DNA of 64,000 bases. It comes from Balanoglossus misakiensis. Taxonomy: Eukaryota > Animalia > Hemichordata. The position numbers were made by a program, and so were the translations under genes. The stretch spans positions 11,436,552 to 11,500,551 of the forward strand of contig CM082584.2 in assembly GCA_040954595.2 (NCBI GenBank). The letters run 5' to 3'. A model generated the notes under the pieces. It ran no database searches and had not been told where the DNA came from. It saw nothing but the letters and a program-made list of their open reading frames with translations. How positions within the stretch are numbered: the first letter of the stretch is position 1; each line of letters begins with the position of its first letter. Of the stretch, positions 49,130-62,700 are shown piece by piece.

Positions 49130-52100
49130 TCGGGGAAATTAAACCCCTCCACCACCCATTAAGCCAAGAGCGTGCCAAATCCCGAACGTTTAGTTCAAGC
49201 CAGTACAGCGCGGTTCACAAGACAGAATAGCCTCTACCAGAAGCTCTGTAGGACTGAGACTCGTAGGCTTATCTGCTTTTAGGTAGCTCAGACACGTAGT
49301 CGTGTCAGACAATTAAAAAAAAACTAAATAACCTGTGTGTGTGTGTGTCGGCATCCACCATCATCCACACACGTGTGATTATTTAAAAAATGAAATATCA
49401 CAACTTCATTTACTTTTGAATCAGTCGTGCATGTACCGATAAAGACAATTTAATAAGTAACTTAAAATTACATGCACAAACACAGATCCAGTGTTGTCAC
49501 TGGGGAGTTTTTTTGCTTAAATATTTGACGTATATAACTTTTGTAAAAAGTAGGTGACATTACTTTGTGTGTATTTCATGTTACATGTATTTACTTGTGT
49601 ACTTGACCAGGCCATTCAATACCCTCCTGAGTGGAGTGATTAATCTTCACCGTTCTAGGGTGACCTCCAACCTGATCCTGATCCACACCCACCATCTGCA
49701 TACAGGCTTGTCATCTCCCATGATGCTTTGCTTTGGCGTCAGGTGTCTTTTTTCCCTTTGTGTGCACAGAGTACCACTGCAAAGCATCGTGGGAAGGCAA
49801 TCAGTAAAACCGCCTTCTTAACCCTCATCAACCAATCAAATAAAAGCTACCATGTGTAAACCTGCCCTGAGTTTTTAAAAAAAATTTACTTACCTGTCAA
49901 CATCTGATGGAAATACTTAAGAAGTATTATGTCTGATATTCTTAACAGTCATGTAATGTTCAATACTCTGCAGAATTGTATTTTATTCCGATTTAATCTT
50001 TATTGACAAGTTTAAATCATGATACCTCAAAATCGATATATTTCTTAAGCTGGGTACTTCTAGTTATTTTGTTTATGATAAATAGGTTATGAAATATAGC
50101 ATCTATATTCTTCGCAAAAATAACTGGGGCATTCTAGTTCCATGTAGCATAATGGTCATAGTATTTATTATCTCATGTTACCAGCATCACCATTCTTTTT
50201 TCTTGTGCGAATTTCAATACCATCAGTGTCTTCCCCCAAAATTTTTAAATACCATTCTATGCTATCATATGATTAATCCTGTGTCTCTTTTCCATAGAAC
50301 ACTGCGGTAGTGTGCATATATTTTAATCCGTAGTAGGCATGTCCGAAAGATTTGCAAAAAAAAGTAATTTCAGAAAGAATATTTTGCAGTTATCTCCCCC
50401 ATCTAAGGGAAAAAAATTCTGTTAGTCTTGGTTTTCTGTTGAGTAATGTTACTCACAGTGGAGCCTGTCTAGATGCTGATAGATTTCTTAACACCGGGAA
50501 ATGCTAAAAGAGCCCAGAGAAGATGTTTTTCCCTGTGAGCAGGTCTGGCGGGTATCATGTTGTCTCATCATCAGCGTTATCTTTTCAAGACAACCCACGG
50601 ATTCTCTCAAGGGACGACCAACCGCAAAGCACAAACGACAGGGACCAGACTCTCAGCCAGAGTCCAGGCAGCAACAAAATACGTCCTGTATCAATTTTTG
50701 TCCGACCCGTAACTACCATGATTAGTCTATATCACTCGCAGATAAGAAAGAGAGAAAAGACAATTCTGTTATCGCGGTTTATTAGTTTTTCAGGTAATTT
50801 AATATCTGGCATGATATTGAACTCCCTCTTGGGTCTCGTTTTGTCTCCGTTCCATCGCGCAAATATGAAAAAGTGATTCATGTTAGATTATTTCTTATCT
50901 GATTGTTATTACAGTTGTGGCAAAGTCTCCAGTTGAGATAGAAAACAAGATCTAATGGGTGTCTTTAATACCATTTTTTTGCCACAAACTGGTGATTAAC
51001 TCCCCCCCCCCCAAAAAAAATGCTTTAGATGAAAGTGATGGTATTTCAGCTGTGTGCATCGCCAGTTTTTGACATTTCAAGATATTCCTGTGATTTGTTA
51101 AAATGTTGCGTTTGTTTTGTGGGGACGAGATGAGATGAACTGTGTTTCTTATGTAGTGTGTATGGAACGGAAGTTTGATTTTGTTTTTCATATTTTTTGG
51201 TGGAAAGTGTCAGTTTTTTTGTGGGTGTGATGGTGTGGTGAACTTCCCCTTTGTCCAAGTTTTGTCTTTTCAAATGTGAACTGTTTTTTTTTAGCTGCTT
51301 GGTTTCAGTCATTTTCATCTTCAAGGGACCCCCCTTCCCTTCTGCTGCAATTCTGTAACAATATACAGAAAATGTCTGTATGCAACAGTATAAAGCAATA
51401 CATAAAAATTTCACCATTTTGTACTTGCATGCCTTTTGAACCTCGCCACCATCAGTGTTGCTATATACGCTCAGTGCGTATTGCCAGTGCAAGGCTTTTA
51501 GCTGGAAAAGACCACTGCGGGTTGTTGAGTCAGTTCGGTTTGGATTTTTTTTTACGACAGGAGAAAAAAACAACAAGGCTGCTTCATCTTTATTGCAGCA
51601 AGGTTTTAATGGTGTACATGTATCTCCTTTGGTAACAATTGAACTGATGTTATCAGTTTTTCCTCTGAGACTCTGCCCATCCCATTGATGGCTGAACTCC
51701 ATCGGAAAAGGTCAGCCTCGACTCCCGCTTACCTCAGGTGTAATTATTACCGGCACTAAAAAAATGATTGCTGTGAGTTTTGAAGATCGGAGACACTGAT
51801 GGGTTGTGCGCGACGGACTAGATAGCGCTATTCCCACACAGCAGAAAGTCAATCACGCAGGACTGTGTGTATATACATGTATAATTAAATGTAAACTTTC
51901 TCAGAGGCCTGGTTTTATTTCCAGATTCACTCAATTAGCATCGTGTAGGATGGAGAAATTTGAACAGGCCTATTGATTCAGCTCAGAGTCACCACAATAA
52001 TTTATTTTCGCTTTTTCTTTCTTTACTTTTGTGTAAAACTCACAAGAGTAGGACTGTATATGTATGCATATGACTAATAAGATGTGAAAAACAAAAAGTG

Positions 52101-52801
52101 GTTAAATAAATAAAAACGGGTGCCGTGTGTGGGAAAATTTCAGGGGTGGGGAACTATGTTTTTAACTATTAGGGGAAATTAGGTCAATCCTTAAGGGGGG
52201 TTGTGGGATACTTTTTGGCAACCCCCTCCCTGAATTTTCACCTCTGTTGCCATAGCAGTGCAGTGTATTATAGAATTGTCAAACTCTAATGTGTACTTCT
52301 CAATACTGTGGCAAGATATGATCTCTGTTCTCCCTTTAGTTTTTCCGTGCTGTTCTAGTTGTATTTGGTGTGTTCATAGATATAAAAAAGAGAGATATAT
52401 ATATTGTCTTCCATTGTGCAGTTCCTATCTTAAATTGTACATTAGTCTTTTCCGTTGCTTGAAGTGAAATTCGGTGGATTTTTCCCATTTCACTTCCGGC
52501 AAGGGAGTGGGATTAGAAATGAATTTCAAACTGCCATGTAAGTGTATATACAGAGAACGAAAATGTATAGTTTTGTGTTTGTTTCCCCTTTTTTTGAACA
52601 GGAACTTTGAAAAAGTTGCATCTCTTCATTATTGTTTGTAGTAGTTTATATGAACTGATATAGGAGGAAGTTTATAACCTTCCACTGTACAGAACATTAT
52701 GCTTGAATACCCCAAGTGTTATTAAATCCACAAATACATGTATATGAATAATCATAGTTGTTTGATGTCCATTCTTTTAATATGTCCCTGACAAGCTGAT
52801 T

Positions 52802-52920
52802 ATGGTATCAGGGTGGTCGCCCCCTGGATATTTGGCCCACTAAACACCCACCCACCAGTCAAGGCTGATTGTGAGTATCCAAGGGTAAATGCCCAGGGGG
52901 TGAGTGTCCTAGGATACCAT
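52802..52920. mobile_element. Small MITE-like element with degenerate terminal inverted repeats of about 38 bp
   Basis: Left ATGGTATCAGGGTGGTCGCCCCCTGGATATTTGGCCC versus reverse complement of right ATGGTATCCTAGGACACTCACCCCCTGGGCATTTACCC. No coding capacity. Confidence 0.45.
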
Positions 52921-54858
52921 TTTGAAAATTTGCTGGAGTTGAAATCGAACCAGGCAGAAGAATCCTGCAGGCTTATTCATGAGTAAAGTTAGGAGCTGAT
53001 GCAATTTTTATAAAGCTAACACCTTTTGCAGTTCCAACAACACACCTAAATTTTACCGGCCAACTCATATTTTAGATCAAATTAAGTGCAGACATGAAAC
53101 AGAATATTAGAATTTGGGTGAGAATCAGCACTAAAATGGAAATGAAACAACCAAATTAAAGGTGATCTGGAGACATGAGATATATTAGAATGGCGTCATT
53201 GTCAAATTAGGTGTTATGAAATAACCAATTAAAGTTTCATTAATGTTTTATAGCTCCGCTGTCAGCGAGGTAGATTGAGCTTATCAAGCAGCCCAGATGA
53301 TATTTGACAGATTCTTATCATACAAAGATATCATCGAAAATACTTCAGTTAGAGAAACGGCAGTATCATGTAAATTGATAACATGTTCTTGATCACAGAA
53401 TGAAACTTGTTATGAGGTTGCATAGCAGACAACTGGAGGTATCCCATGATTCATTCTGATTTGTACTGGCCTCACGAGAGGGAACATCGCCCCCAACGCT
53501 TACGGCGCAACGTGACAAAGTGAGTGCGGTGACCCCAGCTTAGCTTCGGGATGTCGATGTTTGCAATTTTATGGGAGAAATAAAGCATCCTAATTATGTC
53601 TGCGCTGTCCCATTTTCACAAATAATCATCCGGAAAACGCCCTTGTCAGTTTGGTGTAACGATCTTGCAGTATATTTCTTCATGGTTATAAAATGATAAT
53701 GCTGCCTGGGCATATATTCACACAGCTTAGATAAATCCACTACCTATTGGTACAGGGACGCCTGATATGTGATCAAATATAACCCAGACATCCAATGTCA
53801 TTCGTCACTTTATCAGAACTCACAATCCATATAATTGAATGTTTCATCAGATTTTGTGGACCGATATCACCGAGTCTACCCAACAGTAGTGTAAAAAAGT
53901 TCCATGTTAAAATCTCACCCGGGAAAGGACAGAGTTTTTCCAAGACAACCGAACAGTTTCGCGCAGCTTTTTTACATCATGACGGCCAGAAGAAACGACA
54001 AACACGTAACACGGCTGATATAGTTTTCAGCTGTACACAAACTCCATAGATGTATTCTAACCGATGTTTTGCGCATCTCTTTGCGTTTTTATGTTCGCTC
54101 ATCCGGCGGCCGTGGGCGATTCAACAATAAAACGAGCATACGCTGCCAGTTTTGTTAATTTTCTGCACGGCATTCGCGAGACGGGGACACTAACTAACCT
54201 GCAATTTCGCTATTGATTCTGAAGTTACTTTTTACGGCGATGTTGCTCATTACAGAGATCTTTAATGAGGAGCCCGTCGTCAAGATAATCGACAGCCATG
54301 CCATGTAGGCGGATTGGATCCGCGTGATGCAAATCGTGAGTTAGTCGACGTCGTCAACAGTCAAGTGCGAGGCGTTACAATCTCGCCTAGCATCTTGCGA
54401 GAAAATCAGTCCGATGAGTGCCTCTGTCACATCTAATCGGTCGCTATCAACAAACCGGATCAGAAGAAACTAATATATCAGAAAACTGCATGTTCTATAT
54501 CTCCGGTGATAACGTCTTTATCATAGCGGCGGGGAGAACCAGTGATTGAAATAAATTATAGACTTCATAGAGCTTGGCGTAGATCGATCTCTGGAATCCA
54601 AAGGCAGACGTGAACTTGTGAATCTGTGGCACATCAATGGTGGGGTCGAGAATACTGCATTGCTTACGAAAGAAACGTAAACATCTTTTCTTTTTCAATT
54701 TTATGATGGCATTTTCACGAATTTGATAGTGTGTCCTCGGGCATATAATTATCACCCTCGAAAGATTTATCATTTGTAGAATTTTGGATTCAAACTCGAC
54801 TTACATCGTATATACTATAGTTATTTTTGTTGACATCATCACCCGTATTGATCGTTGT

Positions 54859-55005
<147 letters not shown>

Positions 55006-57974
55006 TTCATCCAAATTATCCAACTCAAACGGGAATGGCCTCACTCACAAACCAAGAATAAATCTCCTTGGCATTCTTGTGAACGACCGGTGCGCGCTGC
55101 AGTGCGTCGGACCAAGTTCTAACTTGACAAAAAAGTTAGTACAGACAACCCGCATTTCTTAAATCTTTCCATCGCTTCGAACAAAATTCAAGTTATTAAA
55201 TCAACTTTGTGTCTATTGCTATCCGAATTAAAAATCACTTGGCTTTATCTGGGAGATAACAAGACGCGATGACCTTTGTGTAACATTATATAATGGCGAT
55301 CTTGTTAAGAAACTTGAAATGTAAAAAAATACGGGAAGAATAAACCCAGTAGTAAAGTGATTATGTGGTCGATTAGACACGCGGTCAAATAAGACACACG
55401 ATGATCCGCGTAGATAACCCAAGCCATTCAGCGGAGTTTTTTTGGGCCTAGAAAGAAAAGGGAGAAAAAGTCAAGTCATGGCGGTTGTGATAGTGCATGA
55501 AATTTAAACTGTTGGGAGAGGTTCGGCGTAATGATCGATGCAAACGATTCGAGAGTCTACAAAGCACTGAGTGATATAAAGTGGGGATGGCACACTCTGA
55601 CTCGCAAAATGGAATAATTATTATCTTAATGGGCTAATGGTAATGGATACCAGTACTGATAGTCTCCGAGGACCCTTCTAAACAAACAGCATTTCGAGTT
55701 ATAAAAGCAGGAATCCATCATCTAGAAAATGGTTTTTTCGCTATCTGAACCGATAATCACCGACCAAGGCTCCGAGAGAAAATTGGCATCGCTGGGGCGG
55801 TGTTACGCTTTAGGTGTACCTTCTCCTTTATCATCAATGCCAGACGATTGCCAGTGTGTTTGTTCGCACTAATGGGTCTTACTCTTTCTCGACTTAACCG
55901 GCGACAGAGAGTTATTAAAAAGTTGCCTTGTTTACTCAGTCTTAAAAGCCCGGGTTTGCGTAGTAACTACATAAATTTCAAGGCAAAAAAAAAGAGCGCC
56001 GGGCGAAGATAGTGGAAAGAATCAGGTGCGCCGAAGCTATAGCGATGTGTAATTTGACAGACCAGGTCTCATTTATGTATGGGCCCAGCAAAAAGCCGCC
56101 ACTGATAACAATATTGACTGCACTGTGTCCTTCAACTTCGCGAAGTAGCGGCATTTCTTCCCTGCAAATACGTCGCCGATTCCGCCGACATGTCTTCCGT
56201 TAGGCCTAATCTGATCCGCCGGGGTATAACTCATCCCGGCATGGGCGTGTGCGTTCTTATCGCGCGCGGCGCGGTGACGCTATCCCCAGTCGAGTGCGGG
56301 CACGCACTCGGGTTTCCAAACCATCAGCATAAAAAGTTTTTGTAATTTAAAAGTACTCCGAAGTCAAAAACCCTAATGAGAGGGATCAACTGGACCTGTA
56401 ACTAGGCAACGGTTTTCGCATAAAATCCTTGAAATTTAAGGAAATTAATCCCGGTGGTAAATTTCTTTCTGGTCTATACGTGATTCGGTATTAGCCATAG
56501 CTCAAAACTACCCTGATTGATTTTTTTGAAACGGTATTCCGAATTCGCAAATTTGCGCGGATATAGCCTAAACGAATTGGGAGAAGATATTTTCATAGCT
56601 AAGAATCTATCTTGTCGATATTCAGCTCTGTGAAACCAAGTTTTGCGTAATATCACAAGGGTATACGACTATGGCTTCCGCGACAAGTGACGCAGAATAC
56701 AAGCAGGCACTCATAAAATGGGACTTTTGACAAACAAAGTCATTTATAAGGTTTTAAATATTATGAAATGTATTCATCCGTACAAATGTTTGCTTTCTAT
56801 AATTCACTTTCGGTTGATGAATTCCCCATGTAAAGTTAACTGGTTCATGCGATCTCGAGCTGGGAAATGATGTTTTATTCCGAGGCACCGCGAACTTTCA
56901 AACAATCACAACAAATGTGTTAAACGTTAATATGATAGTCTTCTCGTTCCATAGAAAATTCACACCGCTATTGTGCTCATGTCGAGGGGGCTGTATGGTG
57001 TATATTGTAACAATATTCCATCAGTGATTACTTTACCATTACAAACGGCGGTGCGCCTATTCATAGGCGAGCGATTTATTTGAAATCAAGACCGGCACCG
57101 ATATATTACATGTTTTCACTTTTTAGTGAGGACGAGCATACGGGTGTTGATTGGTAATCGCGTTGAACTCGACGCAATGGAGCATATTGTGCGCTTTCGT
57201 TCTGCATGGCTGGTTGGCTCGGAGATACAGACGTCAACGCATAGTATGCGCGTCGCTGCGACGTGCTACAACACACTTCATTTCAAATTCAAGGTTGACA
57301 CGTAGATATAAAAAATACAGAAAAGACCAGATGAATTGATAGAGACACAGACGGTACATGGGGAGCGATTGTTTATGCGTGAGTTAACACATACACGCAA
57401 ACTTACATGTAAATCGGACGGTTTAACAAGAGTGTCACGTTCGTTGCCTAGGCCTAGAGATGTCGCGTCGGACATGAATTTTACTGTGGTTTTCACGAAA
57501 AGGATCGCATCGTAGATTATGGGCCACGAAGGAAGACGTTAAAGCTTGATTTTGCTGATCTGCTCCGCGAAGGCATGGTAATTTGTCGAACAAGCAACTT
57601 ATACGTAGATTTCATGTACATATATGGTAACAGCTTTGTCAAAAGTGACCTATGACGAGAATACCCATACACCATGGCACCTTTGAACAAGACATGTATA
57701 GTACTAGGCCATGAAAACTAGTATTCACAGTTTATGTTTTTAAACATTGAAAGTAGGGATAATTATTTTGGTCCATATTCTAATTGTTTTCTTCAGCAAA
57801 CTTTTTTCCAGAGATCGAAAAATACAGAGCTACCACTAACGAAATATACAATTAAAATATATTTTGTTTTCTGTTATTATCGGCGCTGCCATATAGGCCT
57901 ATGTCTTTCTTTTAAAAATCACACTTCATCGTAACGAAAAGTAAATTGATGGCCAGTAGATTAAATTCCAATCG

Positions 57975-58541
57975 GTTTCCCTGGCAACGGAAAGCGTTGC
58001 GTAAAGATCTAAATGTACATGCAAGTTGCACGCGTTATAAACGTCGCCTGTGAAATTAGAAGCTTTGTGGAAACGAGGCTCCGAAAATTAACATAAATCA
58101 ACACTCTGTCATTGGTCGTTTGGATAAAAGTCTGCAAAGTCCTGCTTTTTCTTGTGTGAGGTAATTTTTTCATGATTCGCGAACACATTTACAGACAAGG
58201 CCATTTAGGAGTATCAGTACAGTTTCCACCTGAAGGATCTAGGGCGTATTTATTACTTTTTTAGAGGCGGCACTTTTCACATTTGCCGCTGTTCATATAC
58301 ATGATATACCTGCTGATCACTTCCGGGAGGGGCATGTTCTATTTTGGCGTGGTGACGTCACGCTTGCTCGAGTAGCAGTGCACTTCAGTTCGCCGTGTGT
58401 GCTTGATGTGTGAGCGCCTCTCTGCGAGTTACCCGCACTTCACAACCGTGTTTTCCAAACGTACAGCTGTCTGTCTGCCTCACGCTGACCCGACTTCCGT
58501 CTTCAGTAATTGCCGGCTGCACAGAATCAAAGCAAGACTAG
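57975..58541 (+). promoter_or_regulatory. RNF220 promoter and probable non-coding first exon
   Basis: RFX X-box GTTTCCCTGGCAAC at 57975-57988, ETS site CACTTCCGG at 58318-58326, palindromic CRE GTGACGTCAC at 58352-58361, a CpG-rich stretch, and a strong donor AG|GTGAGT at 58541/58542. Matching acceptor TTTTGCAG at 59143, upstream of the ATG. Confidence 0.55.
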
Positions 58542-59193
58542 GTGAGTATCTCTCAATATTTTCCGACTATCCGAAAAGTGATCGAATATATGAAACAGCA
58601 ACATGTAACTTTCATCCTCAGTTCTTATATCATTGGAGTAAAGTCGGCAGCACTAACCAATAATATTGACTGCTACCAACTACCTGTTAACCCAAAACAT
58701 TGGACTTGACTGCTGAACTGTGATTTTTAGACGGGATTACTCAAATATACAAACAAATATTGAAATAATTAAAACAACACCGAAACAGACATAACTGTGA
58801 CCAGCTGTTGTTTCCAACTTGCCGTTAACCGGGCTTGACCTTTTCAGGTGAACTGTTAAAAAAATTCTAGGACATTACCTAAAAGTTGCGTACTTGTGAA
58901 ACTCCTCACTAACTCTGTAGTTATTTTATGTGGAAGTTTTCTGTACATGTGGTATTGATAGGCAATGTATTTTTTATACCCATTGCACTCATAATATTAT
59001 TAATAGTAAGACTATAGAACCGCAGTATATAGTTAATAAAACTTTGCCTAAACCTGATCGTTTCATAGGCTTGGTCATATAAGCAAAACACATTATATTC
59101 TCCAAATTTCAAAGTAATACGAGTCTATTTTCATATTTTGCAGATAAGTAAGAATAAGACTCTCAGAACTATAATTTTCAAAAGTGTGATATA

Positions 59194-59797
59194 ATGGAGA
59201 ATTCAGCATTTTTGCCCCAACATCTGGGAACTCCTGGTCTAATGGTGTTGGCTTCAACGGCTGAAGCTGCCAGGGATCCGATGCGACCGACTTTCCAAGG
59301 AGAACAACTTCCTCCGGGCTTGGAGAAGGAACCCTTTCCGGGATTCCACGCCTTGTTCCAGAGACAAAATGTGACTGAATTTTTCTCTCCCCGAGATTTC
59401 CCCCATCACTTCATCACCCTGCCGCAGTTCCGACACAGTTTCGAAGCCACTCGGTTTCTCAGCACGGCCGGTGCTGGTGCTTTCCGCCGCTTCAACAGCG
59501 AAGAGCGAGAGAACGCGTACGGCTCTGCTTTCGTCCCGACAAAGCGAGGAAAGCCCCCTCATCTGGGAGGAGGGGGAGGGGAGACGTCCGCGCGCTTCTT
59601 TGACTCGGAACGCGCAAAAGACTTCCCCTTTTCTCGTTTGTACGACAAAGAAGATGACAGAGAACATTCGCAAGCTGGACTGAAAAGGGAAAAAGAGGAA
59701 TGCACTTCAGCGACTACTCTCGAATTGAGAAGCACCGGCACCCCGAGTGATAACGGATCAACCGATCGTTCAAGTCCAGAAGAAGATCACATCAAAC
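59194..59797 (+). CDS. RNF220: E3 ubiquitin ligase RNF220, first coding exon (gene continues beyond the window)
   Basis: MENSAFLPQHLGTPGLMVLASTAEAARD...RDFPHH...GAGAFRRF...AYGSAFVPTKR...SSPEED matches the RNF220 N-terminus as I recall it (MENSSYLPNPLASPALMVLASTAEASRD...RDFPP...GVGAFRPF...YQSAFTPAKR...SSSPED). Phase-1 donor C|GTACGT at 59797/59798. I found no further exon up to 64000, consistent with a long intron. Confidence 0.9.
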
Positions 59798-62700
59798 GTA
59801 CGTATATCATTGTGATATTTCCTTTATATGTTTGCATTATTCAGAATGCGACTTTCCTGTGTTTCTGCCGCTGTTCCTGTTTGATTGATAGGTGGCCGCT
59901 TTTGAATAAACGATAACTTCCCTAATTAATATCTGAGGGGATAAATTGCGAGTGGTGGATATGGAGGAAATTGAAGTAGAGAATGAATGTGGGATGAAGC
60001 AACACGGATGGGTTTCTGGATCCTGGCTTTGTCGCATGTTTATTTATGTCTTCCTGCAATTTGTGTTTTTTGATCTGCCACGGCACTGTATCGACCAGTT
60101 ACAATGACGGGAAACAGTTCGTTGCGAAAAGGAAACGTTTAATGCTGCGTAAGAGGCTGTTCTCATTTCCCCCCTTCCAACTCACTCGTTTCTTACACCC
60201 CATTTGCCTTCCAGTTATTGCGAAAAGAAATTGGACAAATCCAATTTGATTGGGGCTTTTTTCCCCAATCTTTTTCCAAGTGTTCATAGCCACTCTGGAG
60301 CCAATTGCGCAGACGGTTCTTCCTGCCATTGGTTCCCCTCCAACTGTCCGACAGCCACTTGTTTCTGTATGCACCATTTGCTTTCCATTCAAAATATTTT
60401 ATTCATTCATGGGCTTGGAGTGATTTCCCTGTGCACAGACCGTGCAAGAGAGGAGGGCCTTGTGATTTCTATAGCAGAGTGTATCAGTTGTAATGTTTCT
60501 TGTTGTTGCGGCAATGGCTAAATACCTCTTTGCCATAGGCTACCCCATATAAACACACTTACCGAGCAGTGACTACAATTCCACCCACACCGCGATGACA
60601 GCTTGTCTGCCATATTTTCTCATACTAAAACCTGCCAAATCAAATCAAGTTTTTCAACCTCAAAAAGCTCTGCCTATCAATTCTAATCAAAGCAACATAT
60701 CTAAGCATTATTTTAATTACTGTTCAAAATTGTGGCTTTTAATCTAATACAGTGTAATTTCAAATCCAATTAACACATTACTCGGCACTACGTCCTGCGT
60801 CAAAGACCCACATCAAAATGCCTTCAAGTATCCTTTTTTCCGTGGGGCTATAATTTTTATAGCCCACACAGAACAAAAGCATTGGCAAGCAGCTATCTAC
60901 AGAGGAAAACACTGAGGGTGTTTTCAACTCCTGAAGCCCTCAGAATTGATCACTCTATTAGCTCAGTAAGCAAATTTGATTTACTGTAGAGCGTAATGAC
61001 AATTAGGTTCAGATGAGAATTTTAGCTTTGCGCTGTTGCTGATAAAATGTGCTTTGTGTTCATTGTCGACTCTTGATGGAAAGCACAAGCTTTATTAAAA
61101 GTCAGGGTATGCGGTGCTAAGAATATTAAATCCTAACTTAAAACCGTATCCAGACAAAGAGTTTGCCAGTTGCCTTGTATAGGCAGGGAGTTGAGAATTC
61201 CCCAAAGTCATGGCGGGAATTGCCAATCAGTTGTCTCACAGCGCCTAAGATATAATAGCTTTAATGCTTGTATAGTTGTCCGGATTACTGTAATTCCATT
61301 TAACGATAACAAAGCTTTACAAGCAGTAGTTTACGGAGAAATCTCACTTCTTCCACTCGGCTGGTCCTCCAGAGAATCAGAAGCATGCTCAGTTATTCTT
61401 GTTATCATCAGATAAGTTGCCAGATCCGATGAATTAGCCGGCATCTTGTCTATTCAATTAACCTCTGGAGCTATCAGAAACTCATTACTATTTATTCAAG
61501 AAAATTGAAGCCCAAGACATCGGAATATTCTGGCCATTATCCGGCGAAACCCGGAGAATTTGCCAATTATTCCCGGTTAATATTATTCATGGCTTGCGTT
61601 CGTCGTGATGACAGTAATTTTCAGTCAATCACTATGCGTTGTCTGCTGAATGGCAAAAAATGATGGACTCTGAAATAATATTTCAGTTGTTGAAATGCGA
61701 GTGCTTTGCTGAGTATTCTGAATGGCACTGGGTCTTCAGTGGAGATGCAAGAGTCTTTGTGACACTCAGCCAGTTATGCTGCGCTCTTCTGTGATGATAT
61801 ATCATAAAACAGAAATAGTTGATAGCTACAACAGATTGCCTAGGTACCACGTTGATAAGGCAATTATTAATCACTTATGCTGACAACAATGCTAGTCAAT
61901 TTTGACATCCACCTGTCCAAGCCTCTCTTTGTAAACCACAGAAGATGATTTTGAAAGAACCCGTGAAAATATTTTTCAGGATTTCTAAGGCCTCCACTCG
62001 TTCGATATTTGCCAGCAGGTAGCTTTCGAACTCTACAAATTGAACGTATTCATCAACAACTTAATTGTAATTAAGGTCTCGGTATGATATATTGAGACAC
62101 TCCCACCGTTGATGAACTCTGTCGTTAAAAATTTTCAATAAACAAATTTACCTTTAATTTCACTGGAAACAAATTGTTTCATTAATTAAAATGAACGCAC
62201 TCAATATTCCAGAGACTGATTAAATGGTACATTACTGGACCTGGTTTTGAATTGTGGAATGATTTCGTCAAACTGTTCGCTTGTTAATGAAAAGTCTAAG
62301 TATAGAAACATCAGGTAAAGCGTCTTGATAAACACAATTTTTCAGAAACGGTAAAATTAATCCTGCTAGTATGCTAAAGGATAGGAAAACCTAAGCAATT
62401 CGTTGATCACCAGTTTTGTCATTTTTAATGTGCCTGAATAATTTAATAAGTTTGCTACTATGTTTAATATAATGCTTCATTAAGGTAAATGTAGCATTCT
62501 ATGGTCATTAAAAAAATTTGCTCAGAAATAAATCTTCAAATAAACTTTATGTATACTATGAACATCATGCAACATATAACACCGGAATATAATGAAATGT
62601 ACGTCTTTCACCTATTGCGTGTACATTCCTTCAATTGAAAAAAAAGAGAAATATTTTCATCGTATATATAAATTGATAATTCTTGATTGTTGTTGGCCTT

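Noticed and set aside
51046-51702. 218-aa minus-strand ORF
   Set aside because: No recognisable domain, A/T-run-driven composition, and it lies antisense in the probable MuSK 3' UTR.
59194-59916. Possible homeobox gene first exon
   Set aside because: The LMVLASTAEA.RD N-terminus identifies RNF220, and no homeodomain is present.
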